Below are positions 49,632-56,890 of a DNA stretch of 56,890 bases, piece after piece; position 1 is the first letter of the stretch, and every line of letters begins with the position of its first letter. The DNA lies in contig NC_068989.1 of the NCBI RefSeq assembly GCF_001194135.2, positions 3,498,035 to 3,554,924 on the forward strand, read 5' to 3'. The position numbers and the translations under genes are program-made. Source of the stretch: Octopus bimaculoides (lineage: Eukaryota). The notes under the pieces were generated by a model, which had not been told where the DNA came from, did not search any database, and saw nothing but the letters and a program-made list of their open reading frames with translations.

Positions 49632-49681
49632 ACACCACCACCACCACCACCACCACCATCACCACTATCACTACTACTACT
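49567..49681. repeat. (ACT)n/(ACC)n microsatellite
   Basis: Direct inspection. Confidence 0.95.
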
Positions 49682-50789
49682 GAATTCTGAAATAAATAAA
49701 TAGATAGATAACAAACAGTGTTGTGGAGTTCATACATTTCCTAAGGGCTATTTCTTAGAGAAAGGAAATACTGTTTTCAAATTTACCTTTTTCTAGTTCA
49801 GACTTACTTTAAGAATAGATAGGAATGGAATATCCCGGCGAGTACCGTTCAAGCACTCCGATATAATCTTGGGTTTGACTAACCGCAGTTGTAAGAAACA
49901 CCTAGGATTACCTAAGGTGAACAATCCCAATGTGTTTCACCTGACAGGATTTCCTTCGCTAGATTATAGATTTCTACCAAGTGTATATCCAAGACAATTA
50001 CAATGAATAAGGGGGTTAGTACAACTGTATGCTTTTTCTGTCTACAGTCAATTATACACCGTGTTTGATTTAAATGTGTCCAACGCACGTTTCTGCTGCA
50101 TAGACATCTCGCAATTGCATTTGCATCCAATTACTTTCGACTAGTTATTGGTCTCTGCAACTTTATTCGAGGTCGATCCACTGATGTGGTCTGAAGCGAC
50201 CTGCGCGTATGTGGCTTTAGCTAGTATTATATTTGGCAGGTGACTAAAATTTTTTAGTGCAAAGAATGTGAGAGGAACATTTGGAAGCTCGATACGGCTA
50301 TAAAAACTGCGATGAATTTAACCCTGTCCTGACCTTAGGTTTTGAATTTCGAATTGAGAATACGAGACATTTATTTAGGTCAATGTATGATTAAAAGAAA
50401 TCAAACACGCTAGCCTTTAGTGGAATAGAAATTAGTGAGTTTCAGATATTGCGTACAATTGCTGGTCACTAATTCAGATATAATTAAATATATGAGATAT
50501 GTAGAAGCAACACAACCACACTCGTTTTTTTAAGAAGGCAATAAAATTACAGGTTAAGTAAAAAAGAGAGAGAGAAAAGAAAAAGAAGCGTCTTAGATAG
50601 GAAAGAATTACAGGAAAAAAATGCCAGGTTTTATTTGAATAGCATAAATAACAGTTAAAGTAATTGAAAAAAATGTAGGCCACTCGTTAATGACAATAAA
50701 TTAATATCTTGACACAATGGGAAGTTTATTAAACGTACGGAAAAATAAAAGCCACGGCTTAATTGTATTTTTTTAAAAGAGAACAATAT

Positions 50790-50933
<144 letters not shown>

Positions 50934-51098
50934 ATATTTATATAAATGAATGTCTTGAATATATATATATATATATATATAGATATACATGTGTGTGTAT
51001 GTCAGTGTGTATGTATGTAACTGCATGTATATATATCACATTTCTCTCTGTGTCTCTGTCTGTCTATCTGTCTCTCTGCATATATATATATATATATA

Positions 51099-51135
51099 CG
51101 AGGGACAGTCAAAAATTATACGCACTCGGTCAAGC
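51099..51135 (+). mobile_element. Isolated mariner-like TIR
   Basis: TA-CGAGGGACAGTCAAAAATTAT pattern; no partner TIR found. Confidence 0.4.
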
Positions 51136-51754
51136 TGACAACCTGGCCAGTCCGCCAGTTTACACCGGTTTTAAGCGTAAATCCTTATCAAATTCTATTC
51201 TCCAGACACAACTCTACAATAGACAACATTTATCAAAAGTTCCACTCAAGCGACATTTTTCTTTGTATGAAAATGAAATGTTCTTGATTTAAGTATGAAG
51301 TCAATATTTTTTTTATAATTAAAAAAAAACTATTTGCAAGTTGATGTTTATAAATGACATCGATTTAAGAGATCAGTAAAAACAAAAAAAAGTATTGTAA
51401 GGGAGATAAATTTACGAAACATTTCAAGTATATTGGAGTTATTTCCCTTGTCAATCCTCGAGATTAGTCTGTTAGGTTTCCAAACTTTGGTCTTTCGCAT
51501 TTAATATATTAATATTCGAAATTCCATTTACGAATCCCCAAATTTCGAGCAATCGTACACTTTTACTGAAGTGTGTTATTCCTATGAGATTCATGTTTCT
51601 ATTTCTTCATTGTCTGATTAAATTCCTAGGACGTATTGTTGTTTTGTCTTTTATTCTTCTTATTATTATCGTTACTACTATTTAGTTGTTTCCTAAATTC
51701 CCAGAGTGGATTTTTATATATTATTTGCAGAATTGAATTTTATTATTATTATTT

Positions 51755-51792
<38 letters not shown>

Positions 51793-52338
51793 AGCGCACC
51801 AGGTAAAATGCTTAGCGGCATTTCGCCCATCTGTACATTCAGAGTTGTATCGTAAACAAAAATATTGTCTTTATACAGTACAGCTTAACTATTTATCTTT
51901 TACTCATTTTATCGTTTTTATTTTTTGCCGAACCACGATGGGAAGAGTGACAAACATATGCACATACATGCATATATGCACGCTGGAACACACTCACTCA
52001 CGCACATATGTACGCACATACACACACGCGTAGATACCTACATATTTACCAAATTACCTTCCATGCTTAGCGGCATTTCATTTGTCTTTAAGTTCTGGGT
52101 TCAAATGCCGCCAGGGTCGATAAAATAAGTACCAGCAAAGCACTGGGATCGATTTAATCGACTTAACCCCTAGCCCGAAGTTGCTGGCCTCGTACCAAAA
52201 TTTGAAACCTATATACATACATACATATATATACACACATACTATCATATATATACTTGTGAACGTGCTTGTGTATGTGTGTGTGTGTGTGTGTATGGAT
52301 CTATCTCTGTAAACATGTATGTATATATATATATATAT

Positions 52339-52470
52339 CAGGTATATCTGTCCGAATTTTGGATAAAGAAAACAAGTGATCAGAGGAGATATTTAATTGA
52401 AATTTAATCATCAATGTACTTTCCCTCATTATCTACAACTTCCTTCCCTCTATTTACAAGCTTTTTAATC
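52339..52470 (-). mobile_element. mariner transposase 3' remnant with probable right end
   Basis: Minus translation IKKLVNRGKEVVDNEGKYIDD* is a typical mariner C-terminus; ends at a TA run. Confidence 0.65.
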
Positions 52471-52494
52471 TCATCAATGTAAAAGAGTACAGCA

Positions 52495-52640
52495 TGGTTC
52501 GCCATCACCCCATGCCGGAGCCTCGTAGTACTTTAAGTGTTTTCGCTCAATAAACACTCACAACGCCTGGTCTGGGAATCGAAACTGTGATCCTATAACT
52601 GCGAGTCAGCTGCCCTAACCACTGGGCCATTGCGACTCCA
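52495..52640 (-). mobile_element. SINE family A, 5' part
   Basis: Same head and body in reverse orientation. Confidence 0.8.
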
Positions 52641-53016
52641 CAATTTGTAAATAGTATTGTTGTGTAAGAGACTGCGATGTGGTTTGAGAAGGAATATCAA
52701 CCAAATATAAAAGCTTCTCTCTTCGCACACAAAGAATTTTTAGTGGATAAAAAAACGTGTTCCTGCAATGTTCATGCCTTTCTGTCTATGGCATTGACAC
52801 TGTTTATAGAAGGATTACAGTCGGTAATCGCAACTGAGACGCGGAGTTGGTTCGCTGGTTGTTTTTCTCTTACGCAACACAGAAAAACGTTCGGTTATTG
52901 GCAAAGATGGTGTTTATCTAGGGTAGATAACTCTTATTAAATAATTAGCGTAGACTCGAACCCACGTCTCCTGTAGACTTGTTCTATCCTAAAATGTAAC
53001 TATTTATAGCATATAA

Positions 53017-53230
53017 GGTTGCGAGCTGGCAGAATCGTTAGCACGCTGGACGAAATACTTAGCAGTATTTCGCCTGCCGCTACGTTCTGAGTTCAAATTC
53101 CGCTGAAGTCGACTTCTGTTTTTCATCCTTTTGGGGTCGATAAAATAAGCACCAGTTGATCACTGGTGTCGATGTAATCGACTAGCCCCTCCCCTCAAAT
53201 ATTAGGCCTTGTGTCAATAGTAGAAAGGAT
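53017..53230 (+). mobile_element. SINE family B
   Basis: GCGAGCTGGCAGAATCGTTAGCACG...GAGTTCAAATTCCGC...CATCCTTTTGGGGTCGATAAAATAAGCACCAG; further copies near 298-400(-), 15295-15500, 20905-21010(-), 28795-28970, 40935-41147, 51805-52210. Confidence 0.8.
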
Positions 53231-53273
53231 TATTTATAGCATATAAATAAGAGATCCAGTTCAAAAAGATGTA

Positions 53274-53481
53274 CAGTAATCTCTCGCCATATCGCGGTTC
53301 ACCTATCGCGCTCTCAGTACATCGTGGATTTCTCTGGCTGATATACGTAAAGTTATATATCGCGGACTGCTCAGTATATCGCGGGTTTTTGCGGCCGATA
53401 GGTATTTATATTTATTTAGATTTTAATTACTTCTGTGGGAAGTTTGGGAACGTAATAACCGTGATAGTCGAGGGATTCCTG
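53274..53481. mobile_element. pogo/Tigger-like MITE
   Basis: TA|CAGTAATCTCTCG ... CGAGGGATTCCTG|TA; imperfect TIRs, TA target-site duplication, 208 bp. Confidence 0.8.
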
Positions 53482-54001
53482 TATAGGGATCTGTCTGTCT
53501 GTCTGTCTGTCTGTCTATCGCTTAAATTTTGTTTTTATGATGGGTTTATGTCACTGTGAGACTTCTAACTCGTATACATGCACTTACATATTTCATTATC
53601 TCTCTGATGCTTGCATACACACACACACACATACACACACGTATAGTGACATAAGTATCACTTCGCTCTTTTATCTCCAAGTATCCATTAGCCACCCGTT
53701 CAACTTCCTCTCAGCCAACGACTAACTTCTTACCCGAAGACCTGTGCACACAAATACATTCCTATTCTAATGTGACAGACATGCACATTGCTATATCCGT
53801 ACAAGAAATGCGCGTCCGCGTGCACACACACACATACATACACATAGAATCACACACACACACACACACACACATACATGACACACAAAGAGCCAAACAT
53901 ACAAAAAAAAAAGAACAGCTCTTTTGCATCCCTTACACAAACAGACATGCACACGACAACACGCGCGCGGACACGCATGTTTTCTTCTGTATGTATGTAT
54001 G

Positions 54002-54035
<34 letters not shown>

Positions 54036-54210
54036 TGTATGTATGTATGTATGTATGTATGTACGTATGTATGTATAATCTGAATCAGGAAAGCAGAAGT
54101 CAAATTGACGTTACAGTTGTTTCCATAAACGGACAATCATTTCTCCCCCCCCCCCTATCTTGTGCGTTGTTATGCAATTCATTCAGTGTTATGCATTCGT
54201 GTCATGTTCA

Positions 54211-54308
54211 GTCCATTCGCTTCCTCAGATGTCATGATTTGAAGGCACCAGCGACCAATTTTGGTTAATGGTGCCTTCAAATCATGACATCTGAAGAAGT
54301 AAATGAAC
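54211..54308 (-). ncRNA. Long hairpin, pre-miRNA-like or tiny fold-back element
   Basis: 31-bp arms 54220-54250 / 54269-54299 (30/31), extending to ~40 bp; three C.A mismatches become G.U pairs on the minus strand. Confidence 0.45.
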
Positions 54309-54615
54309 AATAGATTTCTTGCTTATTTCCATATATCATCGCGTATATTATGTAACATTGTACGAATTACAGAACATTACACAAGACATGGAATAAAATT
54401 ATTGTAATGTCGATTTGGCTTCTCGTTTCCTCATTTATGTTATTTCTTTTATTATTAACTTTGCTGAGGTTATTTCACCTTGGAGTTGTGTAGTGCTCCC
54501 ACTTATGCCACTCGAAGTCTTACGGATCTCCTTTTGATCCTGGAATACTACGCTAGCCAAGATCCGGCATAAAGTGTTCAGGAGGCGGTAGTAAAGATTA
54601 TAATACCCGAATAGT

Positions 54616-54616
<1 letters not shown>

Positions 54617-54678
<62 letters not shown>

Positions 54679-54704
54679 GATAGATAGATATATAGATAGA
54701 TAGG

Positions 54705-54744
<40 letters not shown>

Positions 54745-54755
54745 CAGATAGCTAG
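54617..54755. repeat. Head-to-head (TATC)n/(GATA)n tetranucleotide arrays
   Basis: Direct inspection; the orientation switches at ~54678. Confidence 0.9.
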
Positions 54756-55483
54756 ATATATATAGATATATGCACATATACATATTTGTATGTATACACA
54801 CACACATATACACATACATATACACACACGCATAAACATGCACTTCCACACCCACATATATAAAAAAAGACACATACACATGTATATATATTTATGAATG
54901 GTTATATAGGTGTCACTATGCTATCACTATATATATATGTGTGTGTGTGTATGTATGGATATACATACACATATATATATATATACATACACTCACACAC
55001 ATATACACACATGTATATGTATATGTATAGCCGCCTCCAATACTACACAATTCAAACTGTGTGTAATATTAAATGATACAAGCATTAGTGGCAGACACTT
55101 TGGTGTCGAATCAATGGAGATAAGCGTTGGGTGTGTTTCTACCTTAAAATAATATAAAAAGAACAAACAAACTATATTTTTCAAAAGACTACACAGAATT
55201 TTCAGAAAAAACAAAAAACAAAAAAAGCAACAAGAACAAAACAGCAAAGTCGAATATACACTACGATGGACAAATCTTTCTTCAAAGGAAATCTCCAAAG
55301 GATATTGAAAAATAACTAAAGAGACTAAAAACAAACCTATTGAAGTGATAAAGTAAAATGTGACAAACGGAGAACTGACAAGTTTAATGAAGAAGAAAAC
55401 ATTAAAAAAAAGATATTGGCACCTACTCACTCGTATGTACACCTAAGGTACAGATACTTACTCATACATATATACCCGTAATG

Positions 55484-55534
<51 letters not shown>

Positions 55535-56518
55535 NNNNNNNNNNNNNNNNNNNNNNNNNNNNNNNNNNNNNNNNNNNNNNNNNNNNNNNNNNNNNNNNNN
55601 NNNNNNNNNNNNNNNNNNNNNNNNNNNNNNNNNNNNNNNNNNNNNNNNNNNNNNNNNNNNNNNNNNNNNNNNNNNNNNNNNNNNNNNNNNNNNNNNNNNN
55701 NNNNNNNNNNNNNNNNNNNNNNNNNNNNNNNNNNNNNNNNNNNNNNNNNNNNNNNNNNNNNNNNNNNNNNNNNNNNNNNNNNNNNNNNNNNNNNNNNNNN
55801 NNNNNNNNNNNNNNNNNNNNNNNNNNNNNNNNNNNNNNNNNNNNNNNNNNNNNNNNNNNNNNNNNNNNNNNNNNNNNNNNNNNNNNNNNNNNNNNNNNNN
55901 NNNNNNNNNNNNNNNNNNNNNNNNNNNNNNNNNNNNNNNNNNNNNNNNNNNNNNNNNNNNNNNNNNNNNNNNNNNNNNNNNNNNNNNNNNNNNNNNNNNN
56001 NNNNNNNNNNNNNNNNNNNNNNNNNNNNNNNNNNNNNNNNNNNNNNNNNNNNNNNNNNNNNNNNNNNNNNNNNNNNNNNNNNNNNNNNNNNNNNNNNNNN
56101 NNNNNNNNNNNNNNNNNNNNNNNNNNNNNNNNNNNNNNNNNNNNNNNNNNNNNNNNNNNNNNNNNNNNNNNNNNNNNNNNNNNNNNNNNNNNNNNNNNNN
56201 NNNNNNNNNNNNNNNNNNNNNNNNNNNNNNNNNNNNNNNNNNNNNNNNNNNNNNNNNNNNNNNNNNNNNNNNNNNNNNNNNNNNNNNNNNNNNNNNNNNN
56301 NNNNNNNNNNNNNNNNNNNNNNNNNNNNNNNNNNNNNNNNNNNNNNNNNNNNNNNNNNNNNNNNNNNNNNNNNNNNNNNNNNNNNNNNNNNNNNNNNNNN
56401 NNNNNNNNNNNNNNNNNNNNNNNNNNNNNNNNNNNNNNNNNNNNNNNNNNNNNNNNNNNNNNNNNNNNNNNNNNNNNNNNNNNNNNNNNNNNNNNNNNNN
56501 NNNNNNNNNNNNNNNNNN

Positions 56519-56551
<33 letters not shown>

Positions 56552-56734
56552 CATATATATATCTCACGAGATTTCTCTCAAATAGATAAGACTCAATGAG
56601 CTTATAAACATATGTGCTGATAAGAAACTGCAAATTTTATGATCTCCCCCTTATATCAATTAGCCGATCCTACATCGCAACAGCAACACATCAGGATAGA
56701 AACAAGATTTGTTACTAGATACTAGCCACTTCTT

Positions 56735-56811
<77 letters not shown>

Positions 56812-56890
56812 TAGTTTGATTTAATTCCTTTCATTATCTCTTTTCTTATTGTATGACTAAATTGTCTTGAGCTGTTGAAACCGGTAGCAT

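Noticed and set aside
49280-49737. Poly-Ser/Thr/Leu ORFs
   Set aside because: (ACT)n/(ACC)n microsatellite.

Overview
AT-rich, microsatellite-dense draft eukaryotic scaffold with many N gaps. The SINE families, TTAGGG repeats and repeat landscape point to a cephalopod (Octopus-like) genome; this is an inference. Two protein-coding genes are supported. The first is an 8-exon UBE3D (HECT_2 E3 ligase) on +, 22.8-30.3 kb, with all seven introns GT-AG and phase-compatible (1362 nt from the first ATG). The second is a single-coding-exon B-box/coiled-coil/NHL (RING-less TRIM-NHL-like) gene on +, 37.27-38.94 kb. The rest is tRNA-derived SINEs, RTE and L1/Tx1 LINE fragments, Tc1/mariner and pogo-like derivatives, a Helentron-type element and simple repeats. 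Three observations stand out. (1) A tRNA-headed element carries a Penelope-type minimal hammerhead ribozyme, occurs as head-to-head palindromes inside UBE3D introns, and is accompanied by other hammerhead families and remnants. (2) A near-perfect 229-bp CpG-rich palindrome has inward telomeric repeats. (3) A ~40-bp-stem hairpin resembles a pre-miRNA. Repeat boundaries are approximate and read by eye; no database searches were run.
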